This document shows positions 1-7,715 of a stretch of 18,899 nt of DNA, piece by piece. Both the position numbers and the translations under genes were made by a program. The stretch's first letter is position 1; each line of letters starts with the position of its first letter. The notes under the pieces are model-generated. The model had not been told where the DNA came from, did no database searches, and saw nothing but the letters and a program-made list of their open reading frames with translations. The stretch comes from Armatimonadota bacterium (GTDB lineage Bacteria; Sysuimicrobiota; Sysuimicrobiia; Sysuimicrobiales; Humicultoraceae), in NCBI GenBank assembly GCA_037443365.1, contig JBBIOM010000031.1, positions 1 to 18,899 on the forward strand, read 5' to 3'.

Positions 1-2160
1 CGCGTTGGCGATCGCCGCGGCCCCGGGTATCACAGGCGGCTCGCCCACGCCCTTGGCGCCGAAAGGCCCCTCGTCGGAGGGGATCTCGATCAGCAACACG
101 TCCACGCGCGGCACCATGTGCGACCGGGGCAGCGCGTAGTCGGCAAGTGTCGCTGTCAGCAGGCCGCCGTGCTCGTCGTAGACGACCTGTTCCAGCAGCG
201 CCCAACCGATTCCCTGTGCCACCCCGCCGTGTACCTGGCCTTCCACCTCGGGCGGGTTGATCGCGAACCCGACGTCCTGCGCGACCACGCAGTCCGTGAT
301 CGCGACGGCGCCGGTTCCGCGGTCCACGCGCAGGCGCACGAGCTGCCCTGCGAAGCCCGGCGCCTGGCGGGTGATCGCGGTGGATCCCTGCCCGAAGACC
401 GGGGGGTACCGGGCGCCGAACTTCATGGACAGCGTGGCGATCTCGGCCAGGGACAGGCCTGCTGAGGGCGAGCCCCGAACCCGCACCCGGCCGTCCTCGA
501 GCACCAGGTCCTCCAGGCGTGCTTCCAGGTGGTCGGATGCGATCGCCAGGATCTGCGCTCGCGCGTCCAGGGCCGCGCGCCGGACGGCCTCGCCCACCGT
601 GTAGGTGATCTTGCTGCCGCCCGACATGCCGGCGTAGGGCGCATGCGCGGTGTCAGGCGCAACGACACGGACCCTGGACGGCTCGACTCCCAGAACCTCC
701 GCGGCCACGAGCGCCATGGTGGTGGCCGTGCCCGTGATGTCCACCGAGCCCAGCACAACATGGAAGGTGCCGTCGGTGTTCGCGCGTACGCACGCGGTCG
801 CGGGCTCGAGCCCGCCGGGCCAGCCCCCGATCGCCACGCCGATGCCCTCGCCCGGCTGCCGCGGGCGCCGGCGCACCGGATGTTCGTCGAGGGCTTCGAG
901 CACCTTCCGAAGGCCCATGTTGGGCCACGGCCGACCGTGTGGCATCGGGTCGCCGGGCGCGGAGGCGTGGCGCAGCCGAAACGCTATTGGGTCGGCACCC
1001 AGGAGCGAGGCCATCTCGCTCATCGCCGACTCTATGGCAAAGGTGGCCTGGGGCACGCCCGGCGCGCGGTAGGCGCCTGCCGGCGGCTTGTTGGTGAGCA
1101 CGTCCCGGGCTTCCAGCGCCAGGTGGGGGACGCGGTAGTATCCTCCCAGCATGAGGCAGGCAACTGTAAGGGGCGCGCCGGGCTCGCAACCCGAGTCGAA
1201 CTCGATCCCTGCGCGCAGGGCGGTCAGGGCGCCTTCGCGCGTGGCTCCCAGCTCGAGGGTGATGCGGCTGCCCGGGCCGGGCTCGGTTCCCAGGAAGTCC
1301 TCAACGCGCGTGAGCACGATGCGCACCGGCCGGCGCAGGAGCATCGCCAGCGCCGCGGCCAGGGGCTGGAAGTTCACGATCTTGCCGCCGAACGCCCCGC
1401 CCACGGTCATCGGGACGATCCGGACCTGATGCTGGGCCAGGCCGAGCCGCCGGGCCACCTCCGCGCGGAGGTAGAACGTGCCCTGCGTGGAGGTGTAGAT
1501 CGTCACCTCGCCGGTGATCTGATCCATCGTGGCGACCGCGGCCTGCGGCTCGATATAGCCCTGGTGGATGCGCGAGGTGGTGTAGGTCCGGCGCACCACC
1601 ACCTCGGCCTGCCGGAGGCCCTCCTCGATGCTGCCGCGCGCGAAGGCCACCCGGTTGGCCACGTTGCCTGGTGGTGCGGCTTCCTTCTGCTGCTGGGTGA
1701 CCGTCGCGTGCGCCTCCGCGTCATCTTCCTCGATCTCGCCCTGGGGGCGCACCAGGGGCGCGTCCTCGCGGCGCGCCTCGTCCAGGGTGAGCACCGCGGG
1801 CAGCGCCTCGAACTCGACCGATGCGCGCAGCGCCTCAAGACCGTCAATTGCCGCGGCCTCGCTCTCGCCCAACACCACCGCGACCGGCTCGCCGGTGTAG
1901 CGCGTCAGGGGTCCCGCGAGCAGGCGCCGGGCGCCGTCTCCCAGCCGGGCCAGGTCTTCCGCGGTCACGACCGCAGCGACGCCTGGGGTTGCCAGCGCCG
2001 CGCGCGGCTCCAGCCGCGTGATGCGAGCGCGAGGGTGGGGGCTCTGCAGCAGCCGCGCGTGCAGCATCCCGCTCAGGCGCAGGTCCTCGGTGTACCTGGA
2101 CGAGCCCGTGACCTTCTCGAGACCGTCGGTGCGTTTGTGCGCCCTTCCGACCACCGTCAT
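1..2160 (-). CDS. Xanthine dehydrogenase/aldehyde oxidoreductase family molybdopterin-binding large subunit (3' end runs off the window)
   Basis: Translated by hand: ATG at 2160 with GGAGG upstream. N-terminus MTVVGRAHKRTDGLEKVTGSSRYTEDLRLSGMLHARLLQSPHPRARI. Motifs HQGYIEPQ, STQG, VGGAFGGK, GAYRAPG, GMSGGSK, VEGQVHGGVAQGIG and C-terminal GPFGAKGVGEPP. No stop found in the frame as far as I checked; at least 720 codons. Confidence 0.95.
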   Translation of the reverse strand, partial: MTVVGRAHKRTDGLEKVTGSSRYTEDLRLSGMLHARLLQSPHPRARITRLEPRAALATPGVAAVVTAEDLARLGDGARRLLAGPLTRYTGEPVAVVLGESEAAAIDGLEALRASVEFEALPAVLTLDEARREDAPLVRPQGEIEEDDAEAHATVTQQQKEAAPPGNVANRVAFARGSIEEGLRQAEVVVRRTYTTSRIHQGYIEPQAAVATMDQITGEVTIYTSTQGTFYLRAEVARRLGLAQHQVRIVPMTVGGAFGGKIVNFQPLAAALAMLLRRPVRIVLTRVEDFLGTEPGPGSRITLELGATREGALTALRAGIEFDSGCEPGAPLTVACLMLGGYYRVPHLALEARDVLTNKPPAGAYRAPGVPQATFAIESAMSEMASLLGADPIAFRLRHASAPGDPMPHGRPWPNMGLRKVLEALDEHPVRRRPRQPGEGIGVAIGGWPGGLEPATACVRANTDGTFHVVLGSVDITGTATTMALVAAEVLGVEPSRVRVVAPDTAHAPYAGMSGGSKITYTVGEAVRRAALDARAQILAIASDHLEARLEDLVLEDGRVRVRGSPSAGLSLAEIATLSMKFGARYPPVFGQGSTAITRQAPGFAGQLVRLRVDRGTGAVAITDCVVAQDVGFAINPPEVEGQVHGGVAQGIGWALLEQVVYDEHGGLLTATLADYALPRSHMVPRVDVLLIEIPSDEGPFGAKGVGEPPVIPGAAAIANA

Positions 2161-2189
2161 CCGCGTGCCTCCGTCCGTGCTTCGGTGCA

Positions 2190-2215
2190 CTTCGTCGCCG
2201 TGCGCCCGGATGCCT
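2190..2215 (-). promoter_or_regulatory. Putative alternative-sigma (sigma-H-like) promoter AGGC-N18-GAAG for the molybdopterin enzyme gene
   Basis: Minus strand reads caAGGC atccgggcgcacggcgac GAAG, about 30 nt upstream of the ATG. Same spacing as the motifs at 6197-6222 and 6241-6266. Confidence 0.45.
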
Positions 2216-2244
2216 TGCGGGTCAGCAGGCGCGGCGCGTATGAT
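2215..2244 (+). promoter_or_regulatory. Putative sigma-A-type promoter for queF-queT
   Basis: TTGCGG (2215-2220), 18-nt spacer, TATGAT (2239-2244), then a GGGGAGGGG Shine-Dalgarno and ATG at 2267. Confidence 0.55.
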
Positions 2245-2266
2245 GCTGGCGGGGAGGGGCGGGCGC

Positions 2267-2677
2267 ATGCATCCGGAGGGCTACGAGCGCATCAACCCGG
2301 CTGTGCTGGAGACCTTTCCCTACGAGTACCCGGGCAGCGGCGCGGTCGTTGAGATAGCGACCGACGAGTTCACTGCGGTCTGCCCGTGGTCCGGTCTGCC
2401 CGACTTCGGCCGGCTGACCGTGCGCTACGTCCCGGGCGCTCGCGTGTTGGAGCTCAAGTCGTTCAAGTACTACCTGCACTCCTACCGCAACGTCGGGATC
2501 TATCAGGAGCACGCGGCCAGCCGCATCCTGGCGGACCTGGTGGCCGCGGCGGCACCGAAGTGGATGGAGCTCGCGCTCGACTACAACATCCGCGGCGGGG
2601 TGCACACGACCGTGCGCGTCCGCTGGCCGGACGCGCAGGCCATCTCAGGCCAGCCCCCCGGCGATCCACAGGAGTAA
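2267..2677 (+). CDS. queF: NADPH-dependent 7-cyano-7-deazaguanine (preQ0) reductase, short unimodular type, 136 aa
   Basis: EFTAVCPWSGLPDFG (catalytic Cys/Asp), QueF motif ELKSFKYYLHSYRN, and RGG near the C-terminus. Start moved to ATG 2267 because a Shine-Dalgarno precedes it; the longer ORF-track start overlaps the opposite-strand gene. Confidence 0.95.
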   Translation: MHPEGYERINPAVLETFPYEYPGSGAVVEIATDEFTAVCPWSGLPDFGRLTVRYVPGARVLELKSFKYYLHSYRNVGIYQEHAASRILADLVAAAAPKWMELALDYNIRGGVHTTVRVRWPDAQAISGQPPGDPQE

Positions 2678-2683
2678 TCCGGC

Positions 2684-3172
2684 GTGTCTTCGCGCCGGGG
2701 GCGGGCGCAGGCTACAGCCGAGGTGTGCGTCATCGCCGCCCTGTACGCGGGATTGACCGCGGCGCTCGGCCCGATCAGCTACGGGCCGATTCAGCTGCGG
2801 ATTCCTGAGGCGATGAAGTCGCTGGTGATCTGGCGGCCCCATCTCGTGGCGGCGTTCGTGCTGGGCAACTTCCTTAGCAACATCACCAGTCCGCAGGCAG
2901 GCCTCTGGGAGCTCGTGTTCATGCCGCTGGCCAACCTGGCAGGCGCGTGGCTTTGCGTCCTGATCGGCCGGCGGATCGCCTGGGCCGGGGCAGCGGCCTA
3001 CGCGCTGGTGATCGCCGCGGCCGTGGCCCTGATGCTCTCGGTGCTGCTGGAGGTGCCGTTTGCCGTGCTGCTGCCGCCGCTGCTGGCAAGCGAGGTTATC
3101 CTGATCGTCGGCGGCGTTCCGATCATGGCCCGCATCCACCGGGCGCTCAGCGCTCCGGCGTCCTGCGCATAG
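2684..3172 (+). CDS. queT: QueT-family queuosine precursor transporter (ECF S-component-like)
   Basis: IAALYAGLT...PISYGPIQLRIPEA matches the QueT N-terminal signature. Protein is very hydrophobic, lies directly after queF, and has AGGAG upstream of the GTG. Confidence 0.85.
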   Translation: MSSRRGRAQATAEVCVIAALYAGLTAALGPISYGPIQLRIPEAMKSLVIWRPHLVAAFVLGNFLSNITSPQAGLWELVFMPLANLAGAWLCVLIGRRIAWAGAAAYALVIAAAVALMLSVLLEVPFAVLLPPLLASEVILIVGGVPIMARIHRALSAPASCA

Positions 3173-3599
3173 TGCTGCCCCAGCCCTCAACGCCCTTGGC
3201 CGCGAGCCAGCGCGGGAGCAGGTCCGTCAGCACGCCGGGCTGCAGGTTGCAGGCTGCGAGCCGATCGGCGGGCTGCCAGACGAACTCGAGGTGCGGTTCA
3301 GCCGACCCAACCGGGGCTGGCTCGTCGAGCCCGCTCCAGGTGGCCTCGAAGATGAGGTTCAGCTCGTGACTGGGTCCCTGCGCATCTGTCCAGGCATGCT
3401 CGACCGCGCCCAAGAACCTGCCGACCCCTACCGCGATCCCCAGTTCCTCGCACAGTTCCCGGCCCAACGCGGCAGAGGCCGGCTCGCCGAACTCCACGTG
3501 CCCCCCGGGCAGGAACGTGTGCAGGGCCCCCTTCTTGCGGGCCAGCAGCAGATGCCCCCTTGCGGCTATCGCGGCCCTTGCGATGACCTCGACTGTCAC
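3147..3599 (-). CDS. Nudix hydrolase
   Basis: Nudix box GGHVEFGEPASAALGRELCEELG. The GTG start overlaps the stop of the upstream substrate-binding protein. Confidence 0.9.
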   Translation of the reverse strand: MTVEVIARAAIAARGHLLLARKKGALHTFLPGGHVEFGEPASAALGRELCEELGIAVGVGRFLGAVEHAWTDAQGPSHELNLIFEATWSGLDEPAPVGSAEPHLEFVWQPADRLAACNLQPGVLTDLLPRWLAAKGVEGWGSTMRRTPER

Positions 3600-4615
3600 G
3601 GCCCCAGGCGTTTGACGGCCTCCTGCTGGAACCTCCTGTCCACCATGCGCTCGATCGGGATGGCGGCCGCGTAGTCGGCCAGGCCGGCTTCGCGGAAGGC
3701 CTTCTCCATATCCACGATGGTGGTCGCGACGATACGCATGTCACGGTAGTACAGCAGCGGCGGCTCGTCACGCAGCACCTCGTCGCGCACACCGGTGTAC
3801 TTCTTGTACGCGGCGACGTTCTCCGGGGCCAGGTACTGCTCGCCCTGCATGGCCCGCGCCGCGGTCATCAGCGCCGCGAGGAAGCGCGTGGCGACCTCGG
3901 GACGTGTTCGCATGAAGCCGCCCGAGAAGGCAAACACCGTGGTCGAGGTGCCGGGGGCGAAGTTCTCGAGCAGGGGCCGCGCCATGAACTGAGCCAGCGC
4001 GGCCGACGAGAACGGCGATCCGGTAAGACCGGCGTCCACGCGCCCGGCGCGCAGCGCAGGGCCGTGGTCGGGATTGGGCAGGTTCACCAGCTCGAAGTCG
4101 CGCGGCCCGATCCCCCCACGCCGCGCGCCGATGAGGAAGAGGTAGTGGCCGGCCGACCCCGCGCCCCCGGCGATCGCCACGCGCCGGCCCCGCAGGTCGC
4201 GCACCGACCGCATCTCGCCCGAGTCGAACAGGTCCAGGCGCGCCAGTATCCGCGTGCCGTGGCGCTGGCCCCACGATGACGTGGAGGCCACGACGCGCAT
4301 CTCCAGGCCGCGGTTGAAGGCGTTGAAGATCGAGGCGGCCAGCCCGATCGCCCCCACGTCGAGGCGGTCCTGGGCCAGGAACGCCACCGCCTCCGTGCCC
4401 GAGGCCACCCGCTGCAGATCGATCTCGATGCCCTGGTCCTGCATGAAGCCGCGCTCCATCGCCACATAGAGCGTGGCGAAGTTGATGAGCGGCACGTGCG
4501 CCACCACGACCCTCTCGCTGCGTGGCGCCGCCGGCGCTCCTGTGGTCGCGACGGCGGCTACCACCGCCACCGCGACGGCGGTCAACACTGCTTGCAGTCC
4601 GCGGGAACTAGCCAT
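3596..4615 (-). CDS. ABC transporter substrate-binding protein, SsuA/TauA/NMT1-THI5 family
   Basis: N-terminal signal peptide; YVAMERGFMQDQGIEI, SVRDLRGRRVA and ALRAGRVDA; in an operon with a permease and an ATPase. Confidence 0.9.
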   Translation of the reverse strand: MASSRGLQAVLTAVAVAVVAAVATTGAPAAPRSERVVVAHVPLINFATLYVAMERGFMQDQGIEIDLQRVASGTEAVAFLAQDRLDVGAIGLAASIFNAFNRGLEMRVVASTSSWGQRHGTRILARLDLFDSGEMRSVRDLRGRRVAIAGGAGSAGHYLFLIGARRGGIGPRDFELVNLPNPDHGPALRAGRVDAGLTGSPFSSAALAQFMARPLLENFAPGTSTTVFAFSGGFMRTRPEVATRFLAALMTAARAMQGEQYLAPENVAAYKKYTGVRDEVLRDEPPLLYYRDMRIVATTIVDMEKAFREAGLADYAAAIPIERMVDRRFQQEAVKRLGP

Positions 4616-5399
4616 GATCCACTCTCCCTCCTCGCGGGCGATCGTCCTCCAGCCACGGCATCACCCTGTGTCCCATTCGGCGTACGGCCTCGTATGACAG
4701 CATCCCCAGAGCGCCGATGACGATGAAGCCTGCGAACATCTCCTCGGGCCGCAGCGTGTTCCAGGCGAACCATATGAAGTAGCCGATGCCGTCCTTGGCA
4801 GCGACAAACTCGGCGGCGATGATCACGATCAGCGCGGTGCCCAGCGCCAGGCGCATCCCGGTGAAGATCGCGGGCAGCGCGCCCGGGAGGATGATGTGCG
4901 CGAACATCTGCAGCCGCCGCGCGCCAAACGCCCTGCCGGCCTCGATGTATAGCGCCTCTACGCCGACCACCGCCGCGGTGGTGTTGATGACCACGATGAA
5001 GAAGGTCGCAATCGCGATGATGGCGATCTTCGAGGCCTCGCCCAGCCCAAAGATCAGCATGACCAGGGGGAGGATTGCCACCTTGGGGATCACGTAGAGC
5101 GCCGAGATGGTCGGTTCGAGCGCCACGCGCAGCGAGCGGATCGTCCCCATCGCCAGACCCGATACCAGACCGGCCGCGGCGCCGATCGCGAAGCCCGCCA
5201 GGACGCGCGCGACGCTGGCCGCGGTGTGCGCCGCCAGGCTGCCGTCGGCGAGCAGGCGCCAGAACGTGATGATCACCAGCGACGGCGGTGGGAAGAACCG
5301 CGCGTCGAGCACGCCGGTTCGGACCGCGGCCTCCCAGATTCCCACAAGGAGGACGGGCGCGCCCAGCGCAAGGGCGCGGTCGCGGCCCTCGCCGCTCAC
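4608..5399 (-). CDS. ABC transporter permease, NitT/TauT (SsuC/TauC-like)
   Basis: FFPPPS, IPKVAILPL, EAA-type motif EAGRAFGA...HIILPGALP, and IIAAEFVAA..GIG. Confidence 0.93.
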   Translation of the reverse strand: MSGEGRDRALALGAPVLLVGIWEAAVRTGVLDARFFPPPSLVIITFWRLLADGSLAAHTAASVARVLAGFAIGAAAGLVSGLAMGTIRSLRVALEPTISALYVIPKVAILPLVMLIFGLGEASKIAIIAIATFFIVVINTTAAVVGVEALYIEAGRAFGARRLQMFAHIILPGALPAIFTGMRLALGTALIVIIAAEFVAAKDGIGYFIWFAWNTLRPEEMFAGFIVIGALGMLSYEAVRRMGHRVMPWLEDDRPRGGRVDHG

Positions 5400-6184
5400 C
5401 GCGGTCCTCCTCCGGCCGCCATCGCCGCGACGGCCTCGTCGCGCAGCGCCTCCCAGATCCGGTAGGACAGGCTGGCGAACGCCGGGTCGCCCATCACCTC
5501 GATGCCGCGCGGCCGCGTGAAGGGCACCGCGAACTCGGCCTTCAATCGGCCGGGCCGGGCGGTCATGAGCACGACCCTGTCACCCAGCAGTATCGCCTCC
5601 TCGATGTCGTGCGTCACGTACACGACGGTCTTGCGGTCGGTCTCCCAAAGATGCAGCAGCTCGTCCATCAGGACAAGCCGGGTCTGCGCGTCGAGCGCGC
5701 CCAGCGGCTCGTCCATGAGCAGGACCTCGGGGTCGTTGGCGAAGGCGCGCGCGATGCCGACCCGCTGGCGCATGCCCCCGGAGAGCTGGCGCGGATAGGC
5801 GTTGACAAACTCGCGCAGCCCCACCCGGCCGATCCACTCTCGGGCCGTGGCCTCGCGCTCGGCTCGGAGTACCCCCCGCATCTGGAGGCCAAAGGCCACG
5901 TTCTGCAGCACCGTCTTCCAGGGGAAGATCGCGTACTCCTGGAAGACCATGGCGTGCAGCGGCTTGCCCCTGTCTCCACCGGCGATTGCCGCCTCCCCCG
6001 AGGTGGCGGGGACAAGGCCTGCCAGGATGCGCAGCAGTGTGGACTTCCCGCAGCCGGAAGGTCCAACGACGCAGACGAACTCGCCATCCATGACCCGCAG
6101 TGAGACCCGGTCGAGGGCCACCACGGGACGGTCCTGCCCCGGGTAGACCTTGGTAACATCGGACACGAGGATCTTCGAGGACAT
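5396..6184 (-). CDS. ABC transporter ATP-binding protein, NitT/TauT (SsuB/TauB-like), 262 aa
   Basis: Walker A GPSGCGKST, signature LSGGMRQR, Walker B LLMDEP, and VTHD. Start set at ATG 6184 (MSSKILV), where the domain begins; the longer ORF-track start overlaps tctC. Confidence 0.95.
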   Translation of the reverse strand: MSSKILVSDVTKVYPGQDRPVVALDRVSLRVMDGEFVCVVGPSGCGKSTLLRILAGLVPATSGEAAIAGGDRGKPLHAMVFQEYAIFPWKTVLQNVAFGLQMRGVLRAEREATAREWIGRVGLREFVNAYPRQLSGGMRQRVGIARAFANDPEVLLMDEPLGALDAQTRLVLMDELLHLWETDRKTVVYVTHDIEEAILLGDRVVLMTARPGRLKAEFAVPFTRPRGIEVMGDPAFASLSYRIWEALRDEAVAAMAAGGGPR

Positions 6185-6196
6185 TGAACAATATTG

Positions 6197-6222
6197 CTTC
6201 TGCGTCTGCGCGTTCCACTCCT
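6197..6222 (-). promoter_or_regulatory. Putative sigma-H-like promoter AGGA-N18-GAAG for the ABC operon
   Basis: Minus strand reads caAGGA gtggaacgcgcagacgca GAAG caatattgttca ATG. No Shine-Dalgarno in the 12 nt before the ATG. Confidence 0.5.
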
Positions 6223-6240
6223 TGGGGCGCGGACAGCGGC

Positions 6241-6266
6241 AGGACGGCGACCGCCGGTCCGAGAAG
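6241..6266 (+). promoter_or_regulatory. Putative sigma-H-like promoter AGGA-N18-GAAG for the tct operon
   Basis: gcAGGA cggcgaccgccggtccga GAAG, upstream of the AAAGGAGG Shine-Dalgarno of tctC. Confidence 0.5.
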
Positions 6267-6297
6267 TGTACTCGCTGGGCGAAAGGAGGCGAGGATC

Positions 6298-7257
6298 GTG
6301 AAGAGGGTGGCTGCTCTTGTTGGCGTCGTAATCCTGGCTGTGGTGGCTCCCGGCGGCGTGTCGGCCTCGGCGGCCTGGCCGGAGGCAAGGACCGTGACGG
6401 TAGTCGTGCCCTTCGCTGCTGGCGGCGGAACCGACATCATAGCCCGCCAGATTCAGCGGGCCATGCAGCGGTTCATCGAGGCGCCGATTGTGATCCGCAA
6501 CATGCCGGGCGCTGGCAGCGGTATCGGCACGAACGAAGTGCTGCGCTCGAGGCCGGACGGACACACACTGCTGCTCTCGGGAACGCACACCGTAACCGCG
6601 ACGCTGCAGGGCCTGACCGCCGGCTCGATCATACAGCTCGACCACATCGCCAGCCTGAACTGGGACCCGTTCGTGATCGCCGTGCTGGAAGCGGCTCCCT
6701 ACAAGACCCTCCAGGAACTCATTGATGCGGGCAAGCAGGCCCCGGGCAAGATCACGATTGGCCACGCCGGCGTGGGTGCCCTGACGCACCTGACCTCCGA
6801 GGCGCTCAACAAGGCGGCCGGCGGTCCCTGGACGGTCGTGCCGTTCGAGGGCGGCGCCCGCCTGATCGCCGGGGTGCTGGGGAACGTCGTGACCAGCGGC
6901 GTCTTCTCGCAGTCCGAGGTGCAGGCGCAGGCAGGACGCCTGCGCCCGCTGGCGGTCACGAGCCTGCGGCGCACCCCGCTGTTCCCGGGCGCGCCTACCA
7001 CAACCGAACTCGGGTTCAAGAACATCCCCCAGGGCAGCTTCCGTGCGATAAGCGGGCCCAAGGGGATCCCCATGGAGGTGCGCAGGGCGATCGCCGCTTC
7101 CGTTGCCCGGGGGATGAACGATCCCCACTGGATCCAGTTCGCCCGCGAGAGCGGGCTGGTGAAGACCTACATGGCCAACGAGGAGCTGGAGCGGTACTTC
7201 GCGGTGCTCACGCTGGACCTCTCGAAGCTGCTGCGCCAGGTCGGCCTCATGAAGTGA
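6298..7257 (+). CDS. tctC: Tripartite tricarboxylate transporter substrate-binding protein (TctC/Bug family), 319 aa
   Basis: Signal peptide; VPFAAGGGTD, NMPGAGSGIG, PDGHTLL and VPFEGG. GTG at 6298 follows AAAGGAGG. Confidence 0.92.
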   Translation: MKRVAALVGVVILAVVAPGGVSASAAWPEARTVTVVVPFAAGGGTDIIARQIQRAMQRFIEAPIVIRNMPGAGSGIGTNEVLRSRPDGHTLLLSGTHTVTATLQGLTAGSIIQLDHIASLNWDPFVIAVLEAAPYKTLQELIDAGKQAPGKITIGHAGVGALTHLTSEALNKAAGGPWTVVPFEGGARLIAGVLGNVVTSGVFSQSEVQAQAGRLRPLAVTSLRRTPLFPGAPTTTELGFKNIPQGSFRAISGPKGIPMEVRRAIAASVARGMNDPHWIQFARESGLVKTYMANEELERYFAVLTLDLSKLLRQVGLMK

Positions 7258-7261
7258 CGGG

Positions 7262-7711
7262 ATGACGCGGGCCTCGCGGCTGGCGGTTGCCGCGTCCATC
7301 GCCGCCTTTGCCCTCCTGGCGCTCGCCCTGGCCGGGCAGATTTCGAGCCGGCACGTCAAGGGTGATCCGGGCCCGCGGGCGCTTCCCGTGGCCATGGCGG
7401 CCATCGTCCTGGCCGGGGCAGCGGCCGCGCTGATTGACGAGGTGCGTCCGCGTTCCGCCGCGGCGGAGCCGTGGCAGCAGGCAGCAGGGGTGGGCGCGGG
7501 CACGGTCGCGCTCCTGCTGCTGCTGCCGGTCGCGGGCTTCGTTGCCTCCTGCGCCCTCTTTCTGATGATGATGTCGCTATACCTCGACAGCCGGCGGCAG
7601 ATCCATCCAGCCACACGCCTGCTGGTCTCGGTGGGGGTGCCCGTGGCCCTCTGGTGGATCTTCAGCCGGCTGCTCGACGTCGCCCTGCCGCGCGGGCTAG
7701 TGGGGCCGTAG
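7262..7711 (+). CDS. tctB: Tripartite tricarboxylate transporter small membrane subunit TctB
   Basis: DPGPRALP motif, about 4 hydrophobic segments, C-terminal FSRLLDVALPRG; lies between tctC and tctA. Confidence 0.88.
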   Translation: MTRASRLAVAASIAAFALLALALAGQISSRHVKGDPGPRALPVAMAAIVLAGAAAALIDEVRPRSAAAEPWQQAAGVGAGTVALLLLLPVAGFVASCALFLMMMSLYLDSRRQIHPATRLLVSVGVPVALWWIFSRLLDVALPRGLVGP

Positions 7712-7715
7712 TCGC

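Noticed and set aside
2161-2266. preQ1 riboswitch upstream of queF
   Set aside because: No preQ1-I stem-loop with an A-rich tail, and the predicted leader is too short.
529-2352. 607-aa plus-strand ORF
   Set aside because: Codon-aligned antisense shadow of the molybdopterin enzyme gene. It has no motifs, and such shadows are common in high-GC DNA.
2267-3599. 7-deazaguanine DNA-modification (Dpd) or phage-defence island
   Set aside because: No dpdA/tgt paralogue, helicase or nuclease nearby. The context fits ordinary tRNA queuosine metabolism.
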